DNA of 64,000 nt from Phoronis australis (Eukaryota; Animalia; Phoronida), in contig NMRA01000179.1 in assembly GCA_002633005.1 (NCBI GenBank), positions 70,254 to 134,253 of the forward strand, in the 5' to 3' direction. Positions 14,332-25,571 of the stretch are shown here, piece after piece (within the stretch, counting starts at the first letter, position 1; the number at the start of each line of letters is the position of its first letter). Under the pieces are notes generated by a model. The model worked only from the letters and a program-made list of their open reading frames with translations. It did no database searches and had not been told where the DNA came from. The translations under genes and the position numbers were made by a program.

Positions 14332-17300
14332 CGTGTGTGTGTTACATTTTATTTCTTGTATCTTTCAGTTGTGTGAAATCAATTTCAAATCTAAAATATT
14401 GGATTTCCAGTCACATTGTCCAGCTATTAGAGCCTGGCCAACATTTTTTTGGGTCTCCCAACACATTCAATTTCCGGTCACGGTATTTTCAAAGTATGGA
14501 GATGGTATTTTAAAATCTGGTTTCTTCATGACTAAAAGTGTGACATCGTGTTTTACAGCGAGAAGTAACAAAGGAACATCAGCGAATCAAGGAACTGGAG
14601 ATCAAAAATGAACAGCAGCAGAAGATATTGAAAAGGAAAAATGAAGAGTTGGCAGCCATGCAGCGTCGTCTGCGTGGGGGCAGTGTCTCCACTCAGACTA
14701 TAGGGTACGCTGTGTGTGTTACGTGCTGGAGCGACATCTCTTGAATAAATTATTTTTATTTCAAAATTCTTATTCTGGATACATTTGGTTTTACAAGATT
14801 GTGCTCAGCTTATGACGAAAAGTTGGTTACTATCGAGCCACATCTGGATTGGTAGTGTTTCTCCTATCTTACAGTAAGATGTTGGCATTATTTAGTATTG
14901 AAGTTAAAACTATGAAGGCTTATTGATTTTGACAAATTTGCTGTCTCAAGTCTTGCATAAGTTTTCTTTTTGACAATCTTGCTAACCTGAAAATGTAACA
15001 AATAGACATGAGGCTCTCCTGAGATTAAATAAAATTCATGAGTTTTGAAGGATCCAATGAGCCATTACCAGCAGTTAAGTGCTGATGTCAGGATGCTGCT
15101 AATGTCCCAGGCAATGTTAAGTAGTTCAAGCGGAAATTTCATACTTCAAACCTGTATAAATTAAATGTGCGGCTGTGAATTGTCCTGATGAACAAATTAA
15201 TGAACTTTATTGGGTCCACGGTGTTGAGAATGCTAACTTGTTAAATAAAGAAAACAAATAGGTTCCATCAAAAACATGAACCAAGGTTTTCAAAGATATT
15301 GTAGGTTTTTTAATTTCTGCTGGCCAGGGTCTGTTTGAAGTAAAGGAACGTCATTGTGTTAGTCTATAAATTTGGGTTTTACCAATTCCAAGATGGGATG
15401 TAATATTACACAGAGAAAATATTCTAAATATTCTGTCCTCAAATAGATTGAAGTAAGTGTATAAGAATTTTACTTATTACGCACTATCACATTTCTTTTC
15501 ATAATATTGCTTGATTTCTACAGGGTATTCCTCATGTTTTGTAAAAAAGCTTGAAATTATCGATCTTCCACAAAGCAGTTTTTGATGGCAAAATTTGACA
15601 GAATGATGTGTTCTTGTGATTTCAAACACTTATCATTAACATGTTTAATGAATCAGTAAAAGCCATGATTACTGACTGCAGTTTCTTCCACAGAGATGGC
15701 GACACGTTAAAAATGGAGGAACAGAAGAAATGGCTGGACGGAGAAATAGAAAAGGTGCTGGCTCAGAAACAACAGGTGGAGAAGTTGCAAGAGGTAATTA
15801 ATAATTCGTAATATTTGTTGTTGGTAAAGGCAATGAGAAAGATATTACCAGTGACAACACAATAGTTTGTTTTATTTTCTATTTGTTGGTTAAGTTAGCT
15901 CATTTGTCAGTCTTATTTTGAGCTGTTGTATAGAGACCTGTAAACCAATACTGACCATGCGGGTTTGATGATTCTTGGCTGCATAACTGTGGTATACGCT
16001 GACACGTGTCCATGATCAGGTGTGCGATACCCAAAATCATCTTATTTCTTAGTTTTCAGAAGCTCACTACTTTGCAATAAATTATGGAAACTTTTCCAAC
16101 CGTTGTTTTGTGACATCTGCATAACAAATCAAGCTAATTATAGAGACGAAAAACTCTTGACAAAACGAAATTTCACGTTTTCACCAAATTGCATGCTTTA
16201 TAGGTGGGGTGTATTAGCATAAAGCATTGGCTGTTTTTAACATGGTTTTGATGAATGTACTTTATATTATTGTTAAACCTGTAAGCAAACATAATTCCAG
16301 GAGCTGAAAAAGCGAGAAGATATAATTGCGAGGCGTGAGGCCATTGCTGCAGAGAAGAGCGAGCTTGAAATGAAAAAGTTACGCTCCAGCCAGGTGCTAA
16401 CAAAGGTATGAACTTGTCCTGTTGCAACATCTTGCATACTCACGTACTAGAACTAAGTATTTAGTAATTAAGTTTGAGGTAATTTTGATTATAAATTTAT
16501 GCCAAACTCTCATCCATGTATAATCACTGCTGCCACTGCCTGTATTGTCTAAAAACAGGTGGTTTCATATTTGTCACGAAAGTCTAGCCTCAGTCTTCTG
16601 CTTTTCTCTGCATCATTCTGTTATTGACTTTTAAATCGTGTAAACCAGGACATAGCTACGGTCGTGCACCGGCTAGACGATGTTGAGCGAAAGATAGCAG
16701 AGAAGAACCGTCAGTTATCATCAGCGACATCTGTTAGCGACCCGCATAAACTTACTGATGACATCCATGGATTACAGAGGGCACAAGTGAAGTTGAGGAA
16801 ACAACGAGAGGTGCTGGACACCAAACTGTACGAGGGGGCGTTACTGTCACCACAAGAGGAAAGACGGTAAGCATTTTAACATCTTACGAAGAAGCTATAC
16901 ATCAGAGAATGTTAAATAAAATGAGCAACATACTCATTTGTTTTGAGTAAGATTTGTTGAAACTAGCACACTAAAATCTGGAAACGAGGGCATATTTGCG
17001 GAGAAGTGCTATTAAGTTTGGATTTGTTCTGAATGTCAGAGTTTGTTTGTATTAATCATCATATGTTCTGTTTGGTTGGATTTATTTAGAAATTTCTGGA
17101 GCTCTTTCCTAAGGGATATGATCAAAATACAGCATACACCAAATAAGATGTAGCAATATACCAGTTCTCTGTCGCAACGAATAGTGACCTGTGACGCTTC
17201 GCCTTTTCTACTAGTTTTTGATTGTGAACTTTGCTTGGCCTCAACCATCATTTTTTTCAATTTCTCATAAAGGATAAGTAGCTTCATCTCAAGAGCTGTG

Positions 17301-20300
17301 CCACAACAACCACTGACAGTGTTCTGAGATATTGTGGTCATTCACTACAATGAAAGAAATCTTAAATTTGAAAAGTGAAAGAAAGTGGAATTATTATTTT
17401 TTGTCAAAATTGGTGATATCTTACCGGAATAGGTTTTACTTGAGTCAACTAGGAGTTCAAGTTAACTTTGGAAGTGAAATACTGCCCCCTGGTGTACGTT
17501 TATGTCCTAACAAACTGGGCAGAATGATGTACAGTGTTTTGTTTGACTATAGAATGCTAGAACTGGATGAAGCCATTGATGCACTCGACGCAGCCATCGA
17601 ATACAAGAATGAGGCAATTCACGACCAAGAGATGGAGCTGAAGAGATCCTCACAAATGACACAGGTGGGTAAAATATTAGCATCTGAGTGGGTTTTTTTT
17701 GCAGACAAGCCATTGGCGTATATTTGGATAATGTCAGTTTAAGGACCAAGACTAAGTTGCGAACAATTTTAAAATTTATCCACTAAATAAGTTTGATTGT
17801 TGCATGGTGCCAAATGCATTGTTTAACAGTGGCAATGTAACTTGGGATAATATGACATCATTACTGCTATCCACCATATAACTTTTATGCAACTGAATTC
17901 AGAAGTCAAATCAAAATACAGTCACTCAGATATATTTAAAGTGCAGACATAACCAAGGATATCCTAGTTTTACCACACCTGCTGAAATTGAAAACAAGAG
18001 TGTAGTCATGCAACATAATCACGTATATGGGTTGAAAGTTATGGTTTTGGTGACCATTTCCAGCCCATGAAACTGCGGAAATTTTTGGGTTTCAGCAGTT
18101 GCTTTCGTCATATCTGCCAAGTCTCACAATGTATCGATAACAGAATTCGACAGACATGTTTGCATTGTGGAAGGGGTGTCCATAGGCGGAATTAGGGGGG
18201 GCCCAGGGGGCCCGGGGCCGCCCCCCTTGGCTGCCGCAAAAAAAAAACAGTAAGAGCGCAGGGAAATGTTGAGTTTATTAATTAACCCCGGTAATTAGAA
18301 TTATACGGGTGAAAAAACATTTAAATGTGTGCAGTTTTAGTGTTGGNNNNNNNNNNNNNNNNNNNNNNNNNNNNNNNNNNNNNNNNNNNNNNNNNNNNNN
18401 NNNNNNNNNNNNNNNNNNNNNNNNNNNNNNNNNNNNNNNNNNNNNNNNNNNNNNNNNNNNNNNNNNNNNNNNNNNNNNNNNNNNNNNNNNNNNNNNNNNN
18501 NNNNNNNNNNNNNNNNNNNNNNNNNNNNNNNNNNNNNNNNNNNNNNNNNNNNNNNNNNNNNNNNNNNNNNNNNNNNNNNNNNNNNNNNNNNNNNNNNNNN
18601 NNNNNNNNNNNNNNNNNNNNNNNNNNNNNNNNNNNNNNNNNNNNNNNNNNNNNNNNNNNNNNNNNNNNNNNNNNNNNNNNNNNNNNNNNNNNNNNNNNNN
18701 NNNNNNNNNNNNNNNNNNNNNNNNNNCCGACCTCCCCCCATTCGGTGCTATGCGCATCTACAATGATCGTGGTTCAGTTTGCGCAAATTTTTGCAGCCGG
18801 ACAAAATGTTGGGCCCCCCCCCTTGTGATATCCTAGATCCGCCACTGGTGTCACCAAACAATTTTCTGATGGCTCCGTCATTCTGTGCCCCCGTAGTCAA
18901 TTGTGCTATTTTGGTGTTGGTATGTTGGAGGTTGCCTCCTTATCTGCCAAACCGTGCGAAGGAAATTTGACGGATATGTTCCTGTTGACAAGAGCATGCT
19001 AGACATTGATTTTCAGATCATTTTGCTCCCAAGTGTCAGATTTTATTTTTTAAACCTGCCACAATATCAACCAAGTTTGTTGAAGGATCATCGGTATATT
19101 TGACAGAAATTTTTTTTGTTAGGAGAGTATACTGTTGATGATTTCAAACAAATTTGACCTGCTATGCCCCCAAAAGGCAAATTTATTACAACATTTTACT
19201 CCTGGCTAGTTGTCTTCCAAGTTCTCTAAAGAAATATTGTGGAATTTTATTCTGTTAATAAGAGAATCCCTCTATATTTACTGGTGGATCCAGCTACAGT
19301 TGTGCCCCCTGATGGCAGTTTTCCAAACATTAGCACACTATATTTTTACCTTTTGTGTTGCACAATGTAGCAGACTTTGTTAGAAATTGAAGAACGTTTG
19401 ACTAGGATTCATAATACTTGTGATTCTGCGAAAAAAGCTGTTTTACAATTTCTGGACAAGAGGCAGAAATCTGTTTTATGTGTTTATATTGTGCAGTAGG
19501 TTTAGAAATGTGCCGTTACATTTCTCTTACACAATTATTTTTAATTATTTCAGAGTGAAGATAACCTGGTACATAAACTGAGTTCCTTGAGTGCAACAGA
19601 AACTAAGTCTCTGTTGCACAAATACTTTGAGAAGGTCATCAACCTACGGGAGACAGAGCGACATCAGGATCTACAGATCAGCGAACTACAGGTTAGGAGA
19701 TATAATCTTTGGCTACTCCAGCTAAATAGTATCCCGTTTCCTTAGTTGGTAAAAGTGCTGGTCTCCCTACAGTGTCAAAATTTGTTCATTACATTTATTT
19801 ACCCAGAAATAATATTCATGGATAGGACTGGGGATGGGTAGTCCCTGCTATATGTCCTGGTAATGTATTGATAAGTAAACTAACAATTAATAATACCTTA
19901 CACTATTTTGAAGGAAACTAATATGGATTGGGCGTAAAATGAACATGGCAGCTGTATTATGATTATCAAAGGGGGGTATGAGAAGGGGGAAGGCAAAGAT
20001 ACTTTCATGCAGTAATCTTTTCCAACTACTGCACCCATTTGGTCTATTTCCCATGACTTAGATCCTAAAAAAATCAATGGCAGATGTTAAGAAGAAAGGA
20101 AGAAAGCATGGTGGCACAAATTAATGAAAGTCCTCAAAATTTGGAGGTGCATATTTGTCTGAATATGGACATCAGCCAAACAGTTACACAAACCACTCTG
20201 CCTCATTTAAAGCTGCAATTAATGTCCAAATGACAAACCTAAGAGTTGTGTCTCCTTACTACCAAGTGCTTTTTTGTGGTGGATGGAACAGCGATGTTAG

Positions 20301-23300
20301 ATGTTGGTAGTGTTCTCTCTAAAAGAATTCGTAATCTTGACCTGTTAGCTTTTCAACACCAAGACAGATGAACAACCCCAGTTCATTAATTGCCTTCCAG
20401 GTGAAGGTTGATGAACAAGAGCGACTACTGCGTGACATGGACGCTGCCTTGCAGTCAGCAGCCATTGAGACTGACCGACGGCTAACGACACAGCAGCAGG
20501 AGTATGAGCAGAAGATACAGCTATTAGTTAGGCAACTATCAACAGAGGGTGCTGGTGGTGACGGTGGTGCAGAGCAAAAGTACGAGGCTGTCTATTACGT
20601 ACTAATATGTACTGTTATTGTATTCTGCCAGACTTTTGCTAATTGTGCATAATAAGTGAATTTGGCAATCATGACTCACAGACGTGGATTTTATGGGTAT
20701 CATGCTTTTCAAAGTTAGACTGACTGCTTCTTGGCAATGCATGGTTTGTATTAGTTTTCATAAATTTCTTTGAGCCATGTTTTTTTGGCATCCAATCTCA
20801 TTGGTTTCTGAGGAATCTGCTCTCCACATTCTGGATGTGAATGAAAGTATACTAGACTTAGTGTGTGCTATCTTACTCTTATTGTGCACTAAAGCCTACG
20901 TAAAAAGTACTTCCTGCAATTTGTTCCCACTAGAAGGCGTGGTCAATGACTTGTGTCTTGAGCTTAGCATGCCCGTTGTGTTGGTGATTTTGTGTTCTGG
21001 TGAGATACTGTCTCTCATTGGAACAGGTCATCACTGCGAATATGTGCTGGCATGACTTGTCCTTCACTTCTCCAACTTCTGAAAGTTCAGGAACTAAATG
21101 GAATTTTCTAATGAATTATTGATTCACAGTTCATCTGTCAACAATTAAGTATGAGTTTTTAGTTTGGGAATTGAGCACCCCGTGCAAATTTTTATGTTGT
21201 ATCTCGAATGTAACACAACTCTCACCAGGTCCTAGCTATTCGCCCAATTTGTATGTTTTGTAGTCAGTGTGATGTGCCATTCACATAGGAATGCACGCAT
21301 TGCATTCTCTTAAAATTGTCGAGTATATAGGGACCGCTCCTCTTAGATTTCTGGTGAAATCGGTATGTCATAGGCTCTCGTATTCAATGTCCTGTCACAG
21401 GAGGTGACTTACAGATGATGGATAATAGTTACGGTAAAAATTCTCCAGTTTGGGACATTTTGAAAAATAATTTATGTTGCTCAAGGTTGGACCTTGTACC
21501 AGATTTTGTGTATTTGCTGTTCCGTATTCAAGAATTATGATCATCGACAAAAGGTGGTTCACCTGGATATTACACACTATGGGATGTGTAAAAATGTTGT
21601 GTCGGTGGCTATTTTAGATGATTTTATAAACTTCCAAGTCTGTTTTCAAATAACATTGATGTGAAAACAGTGTCCCAAATTTAAGAAATATGATGAACGG
21701 CAAAAGCACCCCTGTCCCATTTTTCAGAATCAAGGTTCAGTTTGACTTTCAGTGTTACCCAAATTTTTGAGACTGTCCCAAACTAGATATTTTTTACCAT
21801 ATAGTATAGATAACAGAGACTCATTAATTTTATTGATGAATAGCGTGACTATACTGTCTGTCCCAACCTAGAATTCAGATGCTGGAGAAAGACCTGTTCT
21901 ACTACAAGAAGACGAGCAGGGAACTGAAGAAAAAACTACGACAGGTGATGGGCGGTATCATCAGTCAGGATGGTGCAGGGGGAGGTAAGATGAGGTCTTG
22001 ACTAGATTATAGAATGACTTGATGATGGGAGGTACCATTAGTCATGGTGGTGTAGGGGAAGGTAAGATGAGGTCTTGACTAGATTATAGGATGACTTTAT
22101 GATGGGAGGTACCATTAGTCAGGATGGTGTAGGGGAAGGTAAGATGAGGTCTTGACTAGATTATAGAATGACTTTATGATGGGAGGTACCATTAGTCAGG
22201 AAACAAAAATATCCAATTCAAGATTTTCAAAATTACATTGACTGTATTTTAAGTAACTGACTTTAAATTAAAGCAAAATTTTAGTATTTTATTCTTGGTT
22301 TGTAATGGCTGTTGGATTACAAAACTTTGAGACAGTCTCTGATCACGATGTATACCATTTGTCTGTATTTTAACTAATGTGCTCCATGGTTGGAAAGACA
22401 GTGGGTTATGTGAACACTGTGTTCTGTTGGCATTACTGGTTGTGTTTCTGGTAGTATTAGATTTGAAAGGAAATTACATCACATGAATTCATTCAGGTGT
22501 CCCTTTAATGTATATTACATGGATGTATTCAAACTGTGATTAAACTGAGACAGCAGTTATCTTGGATATCTGTTTGAGAAGGAAAATGGTAAGTGACGAC
22601 AGTGGGTGTTTTGTTTACAGGGGACAGCGTGGATGACAGTCGCTGCTCTGTGGGCACCCATGAGCCCACGCCACGCACACACAGACCCAGCTCACACAGC
22701 ACTCCCCGACCCTCCAGCCAGGCACCCTCCGACCTCTCCAGACTACAAGACTTAGGTGAGTTACCCGTAATTTGTTGGTGGTACATTGTTTTCTCGATGT
22801 ATGGTGTTTTTGTTTTTATTTAGTTACTTAAATTATACTATTTCATTTTGGGTGACATGGTTTATGTCTAAAACAAATAATAAGTTTTCAATTGTTTTTG
22901 ATATTTTTTGTGCCTTGTAGTGCACAGTCATGTTTTAATTAGTGTTTCATTATTTTGGTGCTCAAAAACTTTTATCCATACAAAGAATTTTACATTCCTG
23001 AGTTAATGACTGGTGCGCTGTAGGTAACGGAGCAGTGCGGAGCCATCCTCCACTTCGGCAGAGCAAATCTGATGGTAGGGCATGTTGTGTTGCACTTCAT
23101 TGTTGTTCTGTCAGTTGTTTCATGTTCAAAAGCTGACACGCTTTTTGTCTGTTCACAAGTATTCTGTGCTTTAAATCTTGAATTAACAGACTGCATGTTG
23201 TAAATAAAATGCACTACGGAATATTGACACTTTGGATTAGAAATCTTCTGTAAGAGAACTGTAAAGGGGAGCCAACACTCTTTCAGTTTCCACAAAAACA

Positions 23301-25571
23301 TTATTTATGGTTTTCTCTATATTTACCCGCCTTAAATAGTAATTTTAGCTTTCCTGTTCTTTAGTTACTGGATAATTTTTATTCTGTTCTCTTTCCTAAT
23401 TTAATTCTAACGTTTTTTCTTTTTCACGTTTAAAATTTAAAATAATTTTGTTTCTAATTCCTGTCACATATATCACACCTCTGTATGTTAACCTTTATGT
23501 TGCGTATGTGTACATGCCTATTATGCAACTATATGAGATAATGGTGGACAGGTTGATTGTAAAATTCTCTTGTTCTTTTTATCACTTCAAATTTACATGA
23601 ACTAGTTATTGATTGTTGATTTTCAATATTCATGAGTTTCTAACAATTTTCCTGGAGTTAAGTGAAAGTTAGATGAAGTTCCTTCAACTTTGGTCACACA
23701 ACAACGAATCTGAAAATGTCTGTTTGTACCGGGCGTTCTTTACTTTCGTGGATGTTGTTGTAACATATCATCATTGTATCTTCAGGCAGCAACGGCTCTA
23801 GGCAAGGTACACCTGTCAAGATCTCCCGTAAGGATCTACGACCTATGACTGAAGCTGAGGTATCGCTACGGCGATCTAGTGTAACAAGGGAGTCTACACC
23901 AGTCCCAGCAGGTAATAAGTAGTAGTAAATGCCCTGTGATATTTAGTAGTAGCAGAAGTATAGTCTTGTGCTGTGAACCTGATTTCCGTGTTGACCAAGT
24001 CTCATATCTTTAGACTAGGTGATGTTTTTAGGACTTCCTTTTCTTGTCCCACATTGAGTCAAACCCATTCCGACTGCAAGAAATAAGTCCTTTTAGATCT
24101 CTAAAAGATTTTACGACTTTAAAGTTGTCAAAGATTTTGTACGCAGTTTTTTTATTAAAAATAGACAATTAAGTGAACAGCAGTAAACATTTATGTTAAA
24201 CAGGAGATTACATGATTGTTTGGTTCCAAAAAACTCGAATGCTCACAAAATGGTAATCATCGGACCAGTTGCAGCAATCTGGTTTGTTTCTTTAGTTACC
24301 TGTGTCAGCCAACAGGTGGCACAACAACAGGACTTTTATGTGGGATTATCTTCAATAGTGTGTTTCTGATGTTCAGGGCTTGGAATTTTCCGCGGAAACG
24401 CGGATTTCCGCTTTTTTCAAATGTTCTGTCCGCGCATTTTATTATATTTCCGCGTAAAAAAAAATCGGATTTGATATAAAATTTCCGCGGCAAATTCCTT
24501 TCTTACCGCGGCGTTGCAGACGATGTTCACCTCGAAAAGCGGAAGTTGCTCTTTATGTTTCGGAGGAACGTAAATTGTCAACATTGCTGGGGCATCTGGG
24601 ATAGCGTGGTGGGATTTTCAATGGCGTCTCGTGTTATTGTAAACCACGGCGACAAATAATACGGCTCTGGAGCCAAAAATGTATGGGTTGGGAGTGGACG
24701 GACGAGCTAAAAGGACACAGACGCATGCTACTGATGGTGGTAACGTTTTTTTTTTCAAGGCTGGGTAGCGCGCATGATTTGGGCCGTAAAAGTTTCCACG
24801 TTTTTTTGTCATTGGTCATTCCAAGCCCTGGTCCTATATTAGCATACTGAAGTGGCGATAATGGAGGGAGGTTGGTGGAGTGCGCTATTGATCCAAGTGC
24901 TAGTTTAATGAAATTACTTAATAAATTTGTTACTTTATAAAACAATGACAGAAAAGTTTGGGTCTATGTCCTTAAAACATTTTGCTCTAATCAGTATAAA
25001 TGCTGAACGAAATGTGGATTGTATTTGCAACACTCCAATAGTCTAAGACTTCACCATGCTGAACATATTGTTTCAGTTTTTCTATTGTGATGCTATTCCA
25101 AAATGCCTCAAGCATAAATAATGTGATCTTCGCTGCATTCTGCAGAGCAAGTTTTTTTGATATAACCATGCTTTACAAACAAAGCACGTGGTCACACTAC
25201 TCTACTCTCAAGTGTCTTTCATCTATGGAGCGCTCATCTTGTTAGTACCATACATGAGATTGCATCTGGGAGGTTGTAGACTTGGGTCATATAATGAAAT
25301 ATTATTCTCAAGGCTCAGTGGGACGTCGTCTTAGTTAGTCATGGCAACAAGCTGCTGTTTGCTAAATCCGATCCCTGTCTTAAGGCGGGAAATCAAAAAA
25401 TCTCACAGGCACAGATTTCCCCGAGTCTGTCCTAAAATAAACCTACAGCAGCTTGACTCTGCCGTTGCAATTCACTGCCAGGAGTAGAAGCCTAGAACTG
25501 ACGTCAACAAGCGACATGACCACGTTCCAAATGATTTGCTTTCAGATTCCCTTGATGCTGGAGACAACTAG
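320..25571 (+). CDS. KIF27: Kinesin-4 family KIF27 (KIF7/Costal2-related) gene, 3' 25 coding exons; motor-domain exons lie upstream of the window
   Basis: GT-AG exons with continuous phase: 320-400, 776-900, 1848-1983, 2419-2502, 2875-2961, 3495-3614, 4544-4660, 5820-6049, 8560-8696, 9767-9950, 11503-11599, 12274-12377, 12664-12771, 13892-13991, 14559-14704, 15694-15793, 16301-16405, 16649-16866, 17553-17664, 19554-19691, 20401-20579, 21872-21984, 22621-22755, 23786-23911, 25546-25571 (TAG); 3108 nt total. Motifs: [11 protein letters not shown] (motor end/neck), [24 protein letters not shown] (KIF27-like), [92 protein letters not shown]. Confidence 0.9.
776..900 (+). CDS. KIF27: KIF27 exon [10 protein letters not shown]...
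   Basis: tttag/gtaag boundaries, phase 0 to 2. Confidence 0.88.
1848..1983 (+). CDS. KIF27: KIF27 exon LQTECSHYK...WLDLMEE
   Basis: Phase 2 to 0, canonical sites. Confidence 0.88.
2419..2502 (+). CDS. KIF27: KIF27 exon LKNKVPKT...NELRK
   Basis: tttcag/gt, phase 0 to 0. Confidence 0.85.
2875..2961 (+). CDS. KIF27: KIF27 exon [15 protein letters not shown]...
   Basis: ttttcag/gtaaag; DEEIFAEK coiled-coil segment. Confidence 0.88.
3495..3614 (+). CDS. KIF27: KIF27 exon QAENEEY...EQRLK
   Basis: ttttcag/gt, phase 0 to 0. Confidence 0.85.
4544..4660 (+). CDS. KIF27: KIF27 exon, Ser-rich linker
   Basis: tttag/gtagg, phase 0 to 0. Confidence 0.8.
5820..6049 (+). CDS. KIF27: KIF27 exon with VHTSP...GFRARSQLL and acidic run
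   Basis: Resembles recalled vertebrate KIF27 segment VHTSPPMYSLDRIFAGFRTRSQMLL. Confidence 0.9.
6091..7291 (+). mobile_element. Helitron/Helentron-like non-autonomous element with internal diverged repeats
   Basis: Duplicated 5' hairpin unit TTATTACTCTGCGC..GCGCAGAGTA (6091, 6160), TTC/TTA microsatellite, internal repeats (GGTCAAAGGTCATT at 6514 and 6941; ATGCACTGGA..GGTCA at about 6346, 6778, 7119), ends TCTAGTT. Confidence 0.55.
8560..8696 (+). CDS. KIF27: KIF27 exon [14 protein letters not shown]...
   Basis: Phase 2 to 1 fits neighbours. Confidence 0.78.
9767..9950 (+). CDS. KIF27: KIF27 exon ...[11 protein letters not shown]
   Basis: Phase 1 to 2; conserved coiled-coil start. Confidence 0.88.
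11503..11599 (+). CDS. KIF27: KIF27 exon [14 protein letters not shown]...
   Basis: Conserved KIF7/KIF27 motif; ttttgcag/gtgac. Confidence 0.92.
12274..12377 (+). CDS. KIF27: KIF27 coiled-coil exon
   Basis: Phase 0 to 2. Confidence 0.86.
12664..12771 (+). CDS. KIF27: KIF27 exon [13 protein letters not shown]...
   Basis: ttttccag/gtgagt, phase 2 to 2. Confidence 0.9.
13516..13713 (+). repeat. Perfect tandem repeat, 65-bp unit x3
   Basis: GTCAGTAAAGTCTTGCATAACC... starts at 13516, 13581, 13646. Confidence 0.95.
13892..13991 (+). CDS. KIF27: KIF27 exon [12 protein letters not shown]...
   Basis: Phase 2 to 0. Confidence 0.9.
14270..14342 (+). repeat. (GT)n/(GCGT)n microsatellite
   Basis: Direct reading. 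Confidence 0.95.
14559..14704 (+). CDS. KIF27: KIF27 exon ...[25 protein letters not shown]
   Basis: Conserved KIF7/27 motif; ttttacag/gtacg. Confidence 0.9.
15694..15793 (+). CDS. KIF27: KIF27 exon [15 protein letters not shown]
   Basis: Conserved motif; phase 2 to 0. Confidence 0.92.
16301..16405 (+). CDS. KIF27: KIF27 exon ELKKREDII...KKLRSSQ
   Basis: Conserved KKLRSSQ motif. Confidence 0.92.
16649..16866 (+). CDS. KIF27: KIF27 exon ...LLSPQEERR
   Basis: Conserved LSPxEE motif; gtaag donor. Confidence 0.9.
17553..17664 (+). CDS. KIF27: KIF27 exon [17 protein letters not shown]
   Basis: Highly conserved KIF7/27 motif. Confidence 0.93.
18181..18847 (-). mobile_element. Non-autonomous TIR DNA transposon family A, copy 1 (KIF27 intron)
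   Basis: Termini CATAGGCGGA...ATCCGCCACTG, 5-bp TSD GTGTC; reverse complement of copy 3 ends; contains N gap. Confidence 0.85.
18347..18726. other. Assembly gap (N run)
   Basis: 380 N. Confidence 1.
19554..19691 (+). CDS. KIF27: KIF27 exon ...[14 protein letters not shown]
   Basis: Conserved motif; ttttcag/gttag. Confidence 0.92.
20401..20579 (+). CDS. KIF27: KIF27 exon ...[18 protein letters not shown]
   Basis: Conserved motif; phase 0 to 2. Confidence 0.9.
21872..21984 (+). CDS. KIF27: KIF27 exon [22 protein letters not shown]
   Basis: KIF27-type motif; donor triplicated by a tandem repeat. Confidence 0.9.
21944..22200 (+). repeat. Tandem repeat, 77-bp unit x3.3, spanning an exon-intron boundary
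   Basis: GGTAAGATGAGGTCTTGACTAGATTATAG at 21984, 22061, 22138. Confidence 0.93.
22621..22755 (+). CDS. KIF27: KIF27 exon, Pro/Ser/Thr-rich tail
   Basis: ttttgtttacag/gtgagt, phase 1 to 1. Confidence 0.85.
   Translation, partial: GTAWMTVAALWAPMSPRHAHTDPAHTALPDPPARHPPTSPDYKT
23786..23911 (+). CDS. KIF27: KIF27 exon [13 protein letters not shown]...
   Basis: Resembles the KIF27 tail motif TPVKLCRKELR; phase 1 to 1. Confidence 0.88.
24374..24830. mobile_element. MITE with 13-bp perfect TIR (hAT-like terminus)
   Basis: CAGGGCTTGGAAT ... ATTCCAAGCCCTG; CpG-rich with repeated CCGCGG; no clear TSD. Confidence 0.7.
25546..25571 (+). CDS. KIF27: KIF27 terminal coding exon DSLDAGDN*
   Basis: tttgctttcag acceptor, phase 1, TAG at 25569-25571. 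Confidence 0.72.

Noticed and set aside
14211-14611. Cys/Val-rich ORFs
   Set aside because: Translation of the (GT)n microsatellite.
18278-18836. Long ORFs of 134-175 aa in the ORF track
   Set aside because: Artefacts of translating the N gap.
18181-18847. Family A as a RAG/Transib-like element because of its 5-bp TSD
   Set aside because: Termini lack the CAC heptamer-like start and no nonamer or transposase is visible.
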